Shown here: one piece after another, positions 44,222-53,316 of the stretch
Layout of the letters: every line of letters starts with the position of its first letter
How positions within the stretch are numbered: the first letter of the stretch is position 1
Origin: a virus
Lineage: Duplodnaviria; Caudoviricetes
IMG/VR virus record: IMGVR_UViG_3300033121_001571
Strand: one strand, 5' to 3'
DNA: 64,000 nt
Position numbers and translations under genes: made by a program
Notes under the pieces: generated by a model
Seen by the model: only the letters and a program-made list of their open reading frames with translations
Databases searched by the model: none
Told to the model about the DNA's origin: nothing

Positions 44222-44513
44222 GAACTACTGTGACTCTTTCTCTATCAGAGAAAGACACAGACCATTGCTGCCCCTTTGATTCATCCCAGATCATAACTGA
44301 ATCAGAGTGTACTTTCATAATTGATCCCTCGTGTATCTCTTGCTTCCCACGCTCAACAGTTCTGACAAAGAAAACTTGGTCATTCTCTTTAGCAGAAAAC
44401 TTTCCATCTGAGTCAAAGACTGACTTATGTGTTGATAAGTCAACTTTGATCTTTTTCTTTCTTTGAACTGGTGCTTTCTCTTCTTTTTCTCTGATCAGAC
44501 TTTTTCGCTTCAT
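44211..44513 (-). CDS. hypothetical protein (SH3-like C-terminus)
   Basis: ORF in operon. Confidence 0.65.
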   Translation of the reverse strand: MKRKSLIREKEEKAPVQRKKKIKVDLSTHKSVFDSDGKFSAKENDQVFFVRTVERGKQEIHEGSIMKVHSDSVMIWDESKGQQWSVSFSDRERVTVVLKN

Positions 44514-44519
44514 GTGAAT

Positions 44520-45047
44520 TCAACTCAACATCTTGTTTACGTTATCAATGAATCTGTGCAAATTTGCACTCACTTCGCCGTATTTCGTGTATCTTCTCCA
44601 CGGCGCGGGCCACTCTAGAGAGTCTAGTTCTTGAACTATCTCTTGTTCACGGTTCTTTAAATCTTTTATGAGTTTTGTAAACACATCAGAGTTCAATCTG
44701 ACATAGTTTTGGATCTGTTGCCAATCTCCAGAACGTGACTGAGGGTATGCAAACGATATGACATCTAAGACGTTCGTGTCTTGAGGCCACCCATCTTCTG
44801 CATCAAAAGCAGCGGGACACGCAAGACGAAAACGTTTTTGAGAAATTCTTTCTTCCACTATATCACTCAGACTGTCGAACAGATCTGTAGCATAACGTTC
44901 TTGATCTTCTTGTCTTTTGAAGACGTTAGACATAGATCGCTGTAGATCTGTCATCTTTTTTAAGAAATCTTTTCCTCTTTTCTTGTTGAAAGCTGCACGC
45001 GCATCAACTAAGCTTTCAACAATGTATTCTCGAAGAGTTTTTAACAT
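44520..45047 (-). CDS. hypothetical protein with LREYIxE leader
   Basis: ATAGTTA upstream. Confidence 0.75.
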   Translation of the reverse strand: MLKTLREYIVESLVDARAAFNKKRGKDFLKKMTDLQRSMSNVFKRQEDQERYATDLFDSLSDIVEERISQKRFRLACPAAFDAEDGWPQDTNVLDVISFAYPQSRSGDWQQIQNYVRLNSDVFTKLIKDLKNREQEIVQELDSLEWPAPWRRYTKYGEVSANLHRFIDNVNKMLS

Positions 45048-45472
45048 CGTTGGTAACTATCTGTAAGCCACGTCCAATACGTAGACAGTGCGTGATCAGA
45101 AGGTCTTTCTGTGCCCACAGAACCCTTCAAGAATATTCTGTGACTGTCGTGAGCATATCTACCAACGCCAGACAGTTCAGATATTTCTGTGCCATTCTCG
45201 TACTCTTCAGACATCTTTTTTAAGAGTTCATATCGCCTGTTAACGAAGCCAAGAGGGCGAATGATGTCTTTCACAACGTTTTCGGGTGTTTCTAGAAAAT
45301 CTTTTGCTGAAATAACTGTCGACACAAACGCTCCAAAGACTCTATCTAACTGCTTTCTAGACGTTCTGTTAAGAAGAATACAAGCAACAAGAAACAACCA
45401 TTCATTGTGTGCTAAGTCTTCTTGGATAAGGCCGTACGGACTAGTCTTTGCGATCTTAGTTTTCACTTCCAA
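45041..45472 (-). CDS. MBD4-like HhH-GPD DNA glycosylase
   Basis: LIQE..EWLFLVACILLNRT, IRPLGF, LSGVGRYAHDSHRIF, DHALSTYW. Confidence 0.85.
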   Translation of the reverse strand: MEVKTKIAKTSPYGLIQEDLAHNEWLFLVACILLNRTSRKQLDRVFGAFVSTVISAKDFLETPENVVKDIIRPLGFVNRRYELLKKMSEEYENGTEISELSGVGRYAHDSHRIFLKGSVGTERPSDHALSTYWTWLTDSYQRC

Positions 45473-45731
45473 CCGTGATCTGTCTAAGCACGCACAACTT
45501 GTCTTGTTCGGGATAATAATATTTCACACAATTAACGTATAAATTGTGTATAAACATAAATGTCAATTCAAATGCTAATCTTCCACCAAGCTCAACTCCA
45601 GTTTTATTGACTAAAATTGCATCTTTACCACTCGATAAACGAATAATATCACCTTCTTTGACAGAAGAGATTTTACAAAACACAAATTTACACCTTCTTC
45701 TTTCTAAGTGATCTTTTTTGATATTGCTCAT
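45456..45731 (-). CDS. isolated array-like small protein
   Basis: VKEGDIIR. Confidence 0.55.
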   Translation of the reverse strand: MSNIKKDHLERRRCKFVFCKISSVKEGDIIRLSSGKDAILVNKTGVELGGRLAFELTFMFIHNLYVNCVKYYYPEQDKLCVLRQITVGSEN

Positions 45732-45761
45732 TTTGGTGTTTACTTTCTTCGTGATCAGATC

Positions 45762-45983
45762 TCACTGTTCACTGACGCAATAGACAAAAGCTTCATCTGA
45801 TGAATACGGGAAAAAGATCTTTTTTAAATCGTGTGTGTCAAATGTAAAATACAAAATTTGTGTTTTGTAACTACCTGTGTTTTCAGAGATTTTTAACACC
45901 AAATACACAGCATCAATTATTAGAAAGAACTTTACGATATCACCAATCTTAAGATCTTTACATTTTTTCTGTGTAAGCATCAA
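45762..45983 (-). CDS. isolated array-like small protein
   Basis: LKIGDIVK. Confidence 0.6.
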   Translation of the reverse strand: MMLTQKKCKDLKIGDIVKFFLIIDAVYLVLKISENTGSYKTQILYFTFDTHDLKKIFFPYSSDEAFVYCVSEQ

Positions 45984-46366
45984 GTTAAAAACAGACCGTA
46001 ACCGCCGATCGGCATAGAGTCAAATTCTATGATCTCATATTGAAATTTAGGATTACCCATTTTCGCAATAAACAGATAAATTTCTGCATAACTTTTTGGT
46101 TCAAGAAACTCTACATCAATAGAATCAAGATCAAATCCATTAGAACGTAACTTCTCACAAACTTCTCTTGGTAAGTTATTATCTTCATACTCAAAAGCAA
46201 CTTCGCTAATAAAATCTACGCCTAGCTTTTTCCAACCAACGTCATAGGCTTCTGTTATTTTACTTTCTTTCAAATTTGTCTTAATAAAAATTGTGCAAGT
46301 CATATTGTGTCCATCATTACTCCAATCACCGACAACAAGACCTAAAATTTTCTCTTTATTCTTCAT
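45980..46366 (-). CDS. conserved phage hypothetical protein
   Basis: GDWSNDGH...YED...IGGYGLF. Confidence 0.8.
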   Translation of the reverse strand: MKNKEKILGLVVGDWSNDGHNMTCTIFIKTNLKESKITEAYDVGWKKLGVDFISEVAFEYEDNNLPREVCEKLRSNGFDLDSIDVEFLEPKSYAEIYLFIAKMGNPKFQYEIIEFDSMPIGGYGLFLT

Positions 46367-46835
46367 TTTTTACACCTTTCCACCACAGTGGTTCTCGAGC
46401 TTTTGGTTCCCAGACAGCAAACTTTTTTTCACCAGCATAGAAGGCTCTGTATGAAGCAACAGAGTCATTTGATTTGTAGATGTCAGGCATACACAAGACA
46501 AAATCTTCGTGCAGCTTGTAATCACCCACTAACTCTGGAATGTCAAGAAGCGGAACGACATACGTTGTCTTGTGCACTTTCCCGTACCTGTTTACGAACT
46601 CACTTGCTAGTGATGCAGCATGCACTAACACCCAAGCATAGTTGTGAGGTGTTCTAGCGGTCCAGATAGCACAAGGATGATTTACGTGTGTTGGCTTGTA
46701 AGGAACATCATAACCTTTTTTATCAGCAGCAGTACTCAACAACTGCACGCTTTCTATGAGCATCTTGCCAACGTGTTTATTGCACAGATCTTTAGCTGCT
46801 TGAATCGGGCAGTTGTCAACTGCAAAGATGTTCAA
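46356..46835 (-). CDS. pyrimidine dimer DNA glycosylase-family protein
   Basis: MNIFAVD..KHVGKMLIESVQLLSTA..YKPTHVNHPCAIW..YRAFY. Confidence 0.85.
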   Translation of the reverse strand: MNIFAVDNCPIQAAKDLCNKHVGKMLIESVQLLSTAADKKGYDVPYKPTHVNHPCAIWTARTPHNYAWVLVHAASLASEFVNRYGKVHKTTYVVPLLDIPELVGDYKLHEDFVLCMPDIYKSNDSVASYRAFYAGEKKFAVWEPKAREPLWWKGVKNEE

Positions 46836-47044
46836 GAGATGTCGTGTTTTGAAGTTGGTTTTGTCTGCACAAAAACAACAACTACATCTTGCGATGTGTT
46901 TGCATCCAATAATTCTTGGAGTTTGTCTCGTCTAAACACAATCACAGTCCCATCGGAGACTGCAGCGCTAGCGATCCCTTTCTCTCTTGCAAGAGCAACA
47001 AGAAACTTAGCTTCTGAATCAAGAACGTTTTGTTTCACCTGCAA
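46832..47044 (-). CDS. hypothetical protein
   Basis: Coupled ORF. Confidence 0.6.
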   Translation of the reverse strand: MQVKQNVLDSEAKFLVALAREKGIASAAVSDGTVIVFRRDKLQELLDANTSQDVVVVFVQTKPTSKHDIS

Positions 47045-47313
47045 AAATTCCTATCTCTTGATGAACCGGCGTCTTCACTGCCACCCAACTTGTGATACCA
47101 CCTGACTGTGTCTGCAATTGCATCACTGATCTGGTCTTTCTCTACAAAGACAGGTTTTGGTGTTGATACTAAAGAAAATGTCTTGACTGATACAAGTGCT
47201 ACCATGTAAGAGTTATCTTGTTGTTTTCTGACAACAACAGTGTGACCACTCGAAAATGCTCTGTTGATCTCTTTTGCAGTCAATTTTATTGATTTCACAG
47301 CTTCAATACCCAA
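47035..47313 (-). CDS. hypothetical protein
   Basis: Coupled ORF. Confidence 0.65.
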   Translation of the reverse strand: MGIEAVKSIKLTAKEINRAFSSGHTVVVRKQQDNSYMVALVSVKTFSLVSTPKPVFVEKDQISDAIADTVRWYHKLGGSEDAGSSRDRNFCR

Positions 47314-47854
47314 TCTCTTGGAACACTAGTTTGTTATACTCTGCCCATGGAAAATTTGCACTATCTTTCATCTCTTCAACACTCGCTAGCGCAAGATCAC
47401 CTTCTTCTGAGGGCACAAGAGTCCCAGATGCTTTTATTTTGTAGTAAGAGATAACTTTACTGTCATTTTTGATCGTAGTGATGTGAGATATCTCTTCAGT
47501 GTCAAGACCAGTCTCTTCTTTCAACTCTCTTATAGCAGCGTCTTTTCCACGCTCGCCGATTTCTCTTTTACCCCCAGGAAATCCAAACAGTTGTGATCCT
47601 GGACCCCTAGAGACACATAGAACTTTACCATTTAAAAACACTACACAGAGAGACACTTTGACAGTGTCATCTGCTTCATCTTTTGGTTTTTCTTGTTTAA
47701 TAGAGTGTCCATGCCACATCACATTTGACGTGTCAGTGACTCTTGCACCGTGTAAAGATGCAGCGATCTCACTTATAAACGTACGGATCAATTTCCTTTG
47801 ATTTATCAATGTGTCCGCGCGATCCGAACTTTCTTTCAAGTTCATCTCTTTCAA
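47303..47854 (-). CDS. Nudix hydrolase
   Basis: Nudix box GGKREIGERGKDAAIRELKEETGL. Confidence 0.9.
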   Translation of the reverse strand: MKEMNLKESSDRADTLINQRKLIRTFISEIAASLHGARVTDTSNVMWHGHSIKQEKPKDEADDTVKVSLCVVFLNGKVLCVSRGPGSQLFGFPGGKREIGERGKDAAIRELKEETGLDTEEISHITTIKNDSKVISYYKIKASGTLVPSEEGDLALASVEEMKDSANFPWAEYNKLVFQEIGY

Positions 47855-48158
47855 TCCACGATGTCAGTTTTTCATCCAAAACCTTCTTAAGAAGGTCAAC
47901 ACCCGCTTCTATGCTTCCCGTCTTTTTTACGTAATAGTGATATCTGTTGTTGATAATTCTTGAGACAGAAGCTTTCTCGTATCTAGAGAGTTTTCGATCT
48001 AATATTCGTTCAGCGTCTTCAATCCACAACTGTGCAAAACTACGAGGTGCATAGTGTGTTGACAGATCGTTTGAGTGCCAAAGCGCAGAAAGAGAATCAA
48101 TGAATTCTTTGTCTTGTTTGAGTTCAAACAAGAACTCTTTCAATAGCTTGTTAGTCAC
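47769..48158 (-). CDS. hypothetical protein with LLKEFLxE leader
   Basis: ATATTTA upstream. Confidence 0.7.
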   Translation of the reverse strand: MTNKLLKEFLFELKQDKEFIDSLSALWHSNDLSTHYAPRSFAQLWIEDAERILDRKLSRYEKASVSRIINNRYHYYVKKTGSIEAGVDLLKKVLDEKLTSWIERDELERKFGSRGHIDKSKEIDPYVYK

Positions 48159-49225
48159 AGTCTAAATATTCTCCTAATAAACTCCAGCACGTATCCAAAT
48201 AACGAAAAACTTGCTTCGTTTGAACTCTTGACATTGAAAGTTGTTGATATGTTGGGATTTGAAGTCACAACTTCTTGTGTCACTGGCTCTGGTTCTTTTT
48301 TGACTTCAGGTGCGACAGTCGGTTCCCAAGTTTTTAACTCTAAATTTGTCTTAGGAAGAGTGACGTTAAACAACTTTTCAATAACTGGCCTGATTTTATC
48401 ATACCTTCCAGGATAGATCTTGATCTGAGGACCAAAAGTCATTTCTTTAATGATTGAAATGCACCAATCTTGAGACCAAGGCTCTAGTTTCGAACCTTCA
48501 GTCGCTAAAAACAATCTTCTTGCAGCGACTGCTGGAAGATTTGCAGCAAAGGAATAGTATGCAGCTCGAAGTGCAAGAGCCCAATCAGTCTCTGGTGATT
48601 TAGCAAATATCTCTGTAGAAAATGGAGTGTCAAACCACTTTAATCTATCAGCAGTAAACTTTAACTGTGCTTTTCTTGCTCTGACGTCAGACCAGACATT
48701 TGCCATTGCTGCGGCCCAAGTCTTGGCACGAAGCTTTGAAGTGTCGTCCCAAGAACCCTGCAAACCCGAACACCCAAGAAACAGTTTTCTTTGAAGATCA
48801 ACGCTGTTGACTTCTTGTTCATTCAAGAAAAATCTCCACTTTCCATTTGAGTTCTTCTTGAAAGACGCTCCGCACAAAGTCAGTGCTGGCGCTAGGGGTT
48901 CGAGTACAACGCTTGGTTCAGAGTTGTCTATCACAAATCCCAACATTGTGCTGACGCTGTATTGGCTAGCTTCACCCCACTGAATGAAGCCGACACTCAC
49001 TATCATTCTATCCCACATGTTTATACATGAATAATTGCCACCCTCCGTAGCAGTGATAACTTCTAATACTTTCTCACTAAAGTTTGGATTTTCGACCGGC
49101 ACAAATTTTGCTTCTTTGTGACCGGCGTACATGGGCCCTTCCCGCTTGTTTGTGCCGTCATCATACTTTCCCCACTTGATGTCATCAACTGTGACTTTAT
49201 ACATTTTTCTTTTCTCCGATAGCAA
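48155..49225 (-). CDS. putative lysozyme-like cell-wall hydrolase
   Basis: TEGGNYSCINMWD..SVGFIQW resembles lysozyme-fold E..IN.wD..S.G..QW motifs. Confidence 0.4.
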   Translation of the reverse strand: MLSEKRKMYKVTVDDIKWGKYDDGTNKREGPMYAGHKEAKFVPVENPNFSEKVLEVITATEGGNYSCINMWDRMIVSVGFIQWGEASQYSVSTMLGFVIDNSEPSVVLEPLAPALTLCGASFKKNSNGKWRFFLNEQEVNSVDLQRKLFLGCSGLQGSWDDTSKLRAKTWAAAMANVWSDVRARKAQLKFTADRLKWFDTPFSTEIFAKSPETDWALALRAAYYSFAANLPAVAARRLFLATEGSKLEPWSQDWCISIIKEMTFGPQIKIYPGRYDKIRPVIEKLFNVTLPKTNLELKTWEPTVAPEVKKEPEPVTQEVVTSNPNISTTFNVKSSNEASFSLFGYVLEFIRRIFRL

Positions 49226-49670
49226 TCAAAGCACCTTCAATGTCAATGATTTGATTTGCGCCACGGCGGGCGTCGATTTCTAAAGGATTAGAGTAATAAA
49301 AGTGAGAGTACTTGCAACCCCAAAGTATGCCCAAAGACATCAACGCATAAAACACAGGAAAAAACACACCCATTCTCATGTACTGAGAAACGTGTTCTAA
49401 CTCATGGTTCATAATCTTTTCGTATCTATCTTTTGCTTCAACGTTAAGCACGATGACATTGCCTATCGTCTGTCCGCTCCATTTTTTCCACATCGATAAC
49501 AATTTTTTGGGAGCACGAGTGTGGTCAACTTTCCACACAAGAGCATCAGAATTCTTTTCAGAAAACTTATACCAACCGAACACAGAAAAAACTAGCACAT
49601 ACACCAATCCAAAAAATGTAACTGGTGCTGCCCAAGCAATTCCCAAAAATCTCTTGACGTTCATGCTCAC
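49197..49670 (-). CDS. membrane HExxH zincin-like protein
   Basis: GQTIGNVI, HELEHVSQ, NPLEIDA; TM helices. Confidence 0.7.
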   Translation of the reverse strand: MSMNVKRFLGIAWAAPVTFFGLVYVLVFSVFGWYKFSEKNSDALVWKVDHTRAPKKLLSMWKKWSGQTIGNVIVLNVEAKDRYEKIMNHELEHVSQYMRMGVFFPVFYALMSLGILWGCKYSHFYYSNPLEIDARRGANQIIDIEGALIAIGEKKNV

Positions 49671-49685
49671 TCCTGAGCATATGTA

Positions 49686-50717
49686 TCAAGACTTTTCTGC
49701 TTTGAATTGGCCAGCACATAAGTACCAATTCCGCGCTTTCAACATGCAAGATCTCATAGCCTCTTTTTTGGGAAGAGACGATTCTTCTAGTTCATTTTGA
49801 ACTTCTTTTTCAAGATCTTTTATCAAGTGCTTGAGAAAAGTACCAACGTCATCTCTCTTGAAGAGACCGTCAGTTGACTCTCTCAGGGCTTGTTCTAAAC
49901 GTTCTGAAGTCACAACTAAGTCGGCAAACTTAGCACAGTTAACAACGTTATCGATCTGTGCAGTCGCTGGTTCAGTTGCAACAACAGCAAATTTTTCTGT
50001 CTTTGCTTTGAAAGCTAAGTTTTCAAAAGCTCTAACGTCATTTCTAAGTGGATAGTAAACGAGACCCTCGCCAGGACCAGAAAGACCAAACTTAGATTCA
50101 ATGAACGGGTCACAAGTGCTTATCTTGTGCACTTGCTCATTGATTTCATCAGTGATCGTCTTGAGTTCGTCTGAATTCTTTCTGAAGTCTATTGTAACGC
50201 TGTGAGTGTGATATGGAATGACAGTGCAATTTTGTTGCATATTCTCTAGCAAAGACAAGAGAACAAGGATCTGAGAAGGGTCGCAGATCATGTGTTTCTT
50301 ATCATCACCGTTATAAAGTGAAACAGCAAAAACAGCAAAGTGTTTTTCTACCATAGAAGCAATAGTTCCTTTCACTGGTATGCCCTTTCCAAACCACTCA
50401 CCGTGAACAACGACCGCATCACAATCTGCGTGTTTTTCAAAAACTTCTCCAGAAGATAAACTCAACCCTGCGGCCCAGGTTGCAAAGCCCATATTAGAAT
50501 TTTTAACAGTCACTTCTTGGTGCCTAGAAAGAAATCTTACATCGTTTTTGAAAAAGACGATTGCGGCATTGGTACCATGAAGCTTTACTTTAGAACGATA
50601 AGTAACAATCTGACCCGGATCAGGTCCGATCTCTAAGAGATGAGGGTACTTGACTAGAGTCTTTCTCAGTGAGAAAAAATTGACTATGCTTGGCCAATAA
50701 AACGTTTTGTGAATCAT
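49686..50717 (-). CDS. RNA ligase, Rnl2 family
   Basis: Motif I KLHGTN, III HGEWFG, IIIa FAVF, IV EGLVY, V FKAK. Confidence 0.85.
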   Translation of the reverse strand: MIHKTFYWPSIVNFFSLRKTLVKYPHLLEIGPDPGQIVTYRSKVKLHGTNAAIVFFKNDVRFLSRHQEVTVKNSNMGFATWAAGLSLSSGEVFEKHADCDAVVVHGEWFGKGIPVKGTIASMVEKHFAVFAVSLYNGDDKKHMICDPSQILVLLSLLENMQQNCTVIPYHTHSVTIDFRKNSDELKTITDEINEQVHKISTCDPFIESKFGLSGPGEGLVYYPLRNDVRAFENLAFKAKTEKFAVVATEPATAQIDNVVNCAKFADLVVTSERLEQALRESTDGLFKRDDVGTFLKHLIKDLEKEVQNELEESSLPKKEAMRSCMLKARNWYLCAGQFKAEKS

Positions 50718-51538
50718 TCAGTTGTCCACAACTTGTCGAAAGTTTCGACAAATCTGTTCCAGTATTTAGAGTTTGTCATAGATGCAAAATTCATCTGTTC
50801 AAAAACATTTTTGACTTTTTCCCAGTCTCTTACTGGCTCGCTGCTAAACATCTTCTTGGCTTCTTCATCAGACCAAGTTTTGAACTTTATCAAAGAATAA
50901 TTCTTTGCAAATTGATCACTGAGTTCTTTGTTACTTTCAAAGAACAATTTCAATCTTGGAATATCTCGACAGTACATCTCTGCCACAGAATCAGAGAAAC
51001 CTTTCAATTTCTTGACATTGTCGCAAGCATCTCCACGTAGAGATTTCCATATGACATAATCGTAATCAGTGTTATCAACATAACATTTCTTGACGGGATT
51101 GTATAGAGAGACATTTTCAAATTCATTCAATAACTGAATGAAATCTGAATCAGTGCTGACAACGGTGATTGGCACAGCTCGAGATGATGCTGCAACCAAG
51201 TTATACACTACATCATCACACTCAAGTTCAGGTTGTTTTACTACGTGGATAGGAAAGTTTTCAATCAACATTTTCTTACACAGGTCTGCTTGACGATAGA
51301 ACTCTTCCATTTCACTTCGTTTATTTTCAGCTATAACCCTGTTAGCTTTGTACTCTGGACTGATCTCGTACCTAGACGTTGGGTGCCCATCAAGAACAAA
51401 GACAACTCGAGTTGCTTTTAGCGTTTCAACAAGTGCGCGGAGACTTCGAAAGAAGTTGAACACAATGCTGTTCTCACCACCAAAACCAGCTCGTGATCGG
51501 TGCAGGAAATTCTGCCCATCAATGTAAATTGTTCTCAC
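50714..51538 (-). CDS. 5'-3' exonuclease / flap nuclease (T4 RNase H, PolI 5' domain family)
   Basis: IDGQNFLHR, YKANR, ECDD, STDSDFIQL, GDACDNV; leaderless promoter 51572-51544. Confidence 0.9.
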   Translation of the reverse strand: MRTIYIDGQNFLHRSRAGFGGENSIVFNFFRSLRALVETLKATRVVFVLDGHPTSRYEISPEYKANRVIAENKRSEMEEFYRQADLCKKMLIENFPIHVVKQPELECDDVVYNLVAASSRAVPITVVSTDSDFIQLLNEFENVSLYNPVKKCYVDNTDYDYVIWKSLRGDACDNVKKLKGFSDSVAEMYCRDIPRLKLFFESNKELSDQFAKNYSLIKFKTWSDEEAKKMFSSEPVRDWEKVKNVFEQMNFASMTNSKYWNRFVETFDKLWTTE

Positions 51539-51685
51539 AGTTCCATCTACCTTTTCCGACAGTTTGGTGCACTCACTTACAAGGGCCCCTAACATATACC
51601 GCTACTGCCCCCAGACCGCCCTCAGAATATCTTTCAGGTGCCCAATAAAGTTGCCTATGGCAAAAAAAGAAAGCACTCTGGTGTG

Positions 51686-52219
51686 TCACCAGCACCATGA
51701 CAACGATTCAATATCAATTTTGTTCCAAGCAGCAACTTGTGCTACTGTCGTAGCGTCAGGACAGAGTCTGCTGATGGTGTTCAAGTGTGAAGCCATAAGA
51801 GTTCCTGGAACGTGTTGTGCCCCCAGCGCGTGGCCCATCTCGTGTAAAACAATCAACTGGACTGCGCGCTCATATCTTCCCCTGATCAAAAAGATCTCTC
51901 TTGAACCCAAACTTGGTGTATACGCAAGAACATTAGTGTTCTCATATTTCTCTGTGAGATCAGTTTCTGAGATGTTGATGCAACAATAGCTTCCGCTGTT
52001 GACTACGAATCTCTTCCAGTTCTTGAGAGACTTGTCCCAAGTCTGCACAGCATCAGAGACATCACTCAAACACTCATCTGCAACGTTAACACAGACATTG
52101 CAGACTTGGTTGTCAAATCCTCCTGTCACAGTGGGACTTACCCAGTTCTCTGTAACACACGAGAAGAAAAGAACAAGTGCAATAGTTGCTACTATAAAAA
52201 CTTTCTTGACACGATTCAC
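51686..52219 (-). CDS. matrixin (M10)-like metalloprotease, lipoprotein
   Basis: HEMGHALGAQH, Met-turn LMAS; signal peptide ending FFSC. Confidence 0.8.
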   Translation of the reverse strand: MNRVKKVFIVATIALVLFFSCVTENWVSPTVTGGFDNQVCNVCVNVADECLSDVSDAVQTWDKSLKNWKRFVVNSGSYCCINISETDLTEKYENTNVLAYTPSLGSREIFLIRGRYERAVQLIVLHEMGHALGAQHVPGTLMASHLNTISRLCPDATTVAQVAAWNKIDIESLSWCW

Positions 52220-52683
52220 GGAAGCTTTGCTCTCGCAGTTCTGCCGTCGCCTAAGTCAACTAACACTATTTTCTCTGATGCAGATTCTGCTGTGTCTTCA
52301 GAGAACTGTTCTGAACCAAGAAACTCACGAGCGCTCTGGACAGGCCCAGTTCTAAACAGATCAGGAAAGTTTTCTTGTGCTTGTTGAGATGCTGTCTTAA
52401 CGTTCTTTTCAACAGCGCTTATTGCAAGAGAAACAGCGTAATTCTTAGCTTCTTCAAGACTCTTGAAAAAAAGACCCTTAACATTCAAAGATGATTCTCT
52501 GCTGCGGATGTCTTCAAATTTTGTCTCAAAAAAGAAAGAGATCTCTTCACCCTTCAGAGTCTTCTTATACGTTTTTTCTAGAATCCTCACGGGAATTATC
52601 TTGAGTCCAGAATGGACAACAAGATAAACAAGGTGTCCCACTTCAAACTCTTTCATATCTTCTTGAAATTTTGGAAGTGTCAT
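52216..52683 (-). CDS. hypothetical protein (N-terminal FEVGHLVY SH3-like)
   Basis: Coupled ORF. Confidence 0.7.
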   Translation of the reverse strand: MTLPKFQEDMKEFEVGHLVYLVVHSGLKIIPVRILEKTYKKTLKGEEISFFFETKFEDIRSRESSLNVKGLFFKSLEEAKNYAVSLAISAVEKNVKTASQQAQENFPDLFRTGPVQSAREFLGSEQFSEDTAESASEKIVLVDLGDGRTARAKLP

Positions 52684-53000
52684 TTCTTCTCTTGCTCAAG
52701 TTGGTAGACACCCATGTGCATCTGAGTGATGCTCACAAGATAATCTGGTGCATCGCGCCCCACAACGAGACCACAAGTGACACAAGCGTCAGTGATTTTC
52801 TTCCACAACTCAGCTTCTTTTGAGAAACTCGTTTGCAAAGACAACAAGTGCGAAACTGCAAGAGTTGATTCACCAGATATAACAGAGACAGACATCAAGT
52901 TTCGAAGATGTGTCAACTCTTCTTGTGTGAGTTCTATCCTAGCGCAACTCGGAAATTTACACTTGACTGCTGGCTTTTTCTTAGCGGATTTCTTATTCAT
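52680..53000 (-). CDS. hypothetical protein
   Basis: Start placed at MNKKSAKK. Confidence 0.65.
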   Translation of the reverse strand: MNKKSAKKKPAVKCKFPSCARIELTQEELTHLRNLMSVSVISGESTLAVSHLLSLQTSFSKEAELWKKITDACVTCGLVVGRDAPDYLVSITQMHMGVYQLEQEKK

Positions 53001-53280
53001 TTTCAAGCTTCTCCAGAGCCTGAACAAACATGTCATACGTGTCTTTGTGCGCAACTGATTTTTGAATCTTAGCAACTCTCATCGCTAACTTCAGAGTCTT
53101 GATGTCTAATTTATCTTCAAATTCTTCGACGAGTTCTCGCTTGTCATCATTGAGCATCTCAATCTCGTTTTCAATATTGTTCATGCGTGTGATAAATTCA
53201 CCAGCAAGCTTCTTAATCTCATTAAGTTCATCAGGTTGCATTGCTGCAACATTGTAGTTTTTAACCTTCTTCACTCTCAA
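52993..53280 (-). CDS. GapR/DUF2312/T4 DsbA-like DNA-binding protein
   Basis: FITRMNNIENEIEMLNDDKRELVEEF..LDIKTLKLAMRVAK. Confidence 0.7.
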   Translation of the reverse strand: MRVKKVKNYNVAAMQPDELNEIKKLAGEFITRMNNIENEIEMLNDDKRELVEEFEDKLDIKTLKLAMRVAKIQKSVAHKDTYDMFVQALEKLENE

Positions 53281-53316
53281 AATATACTGTGGGGTGAAGT
53301 AGTGTTCAATTGAGCA

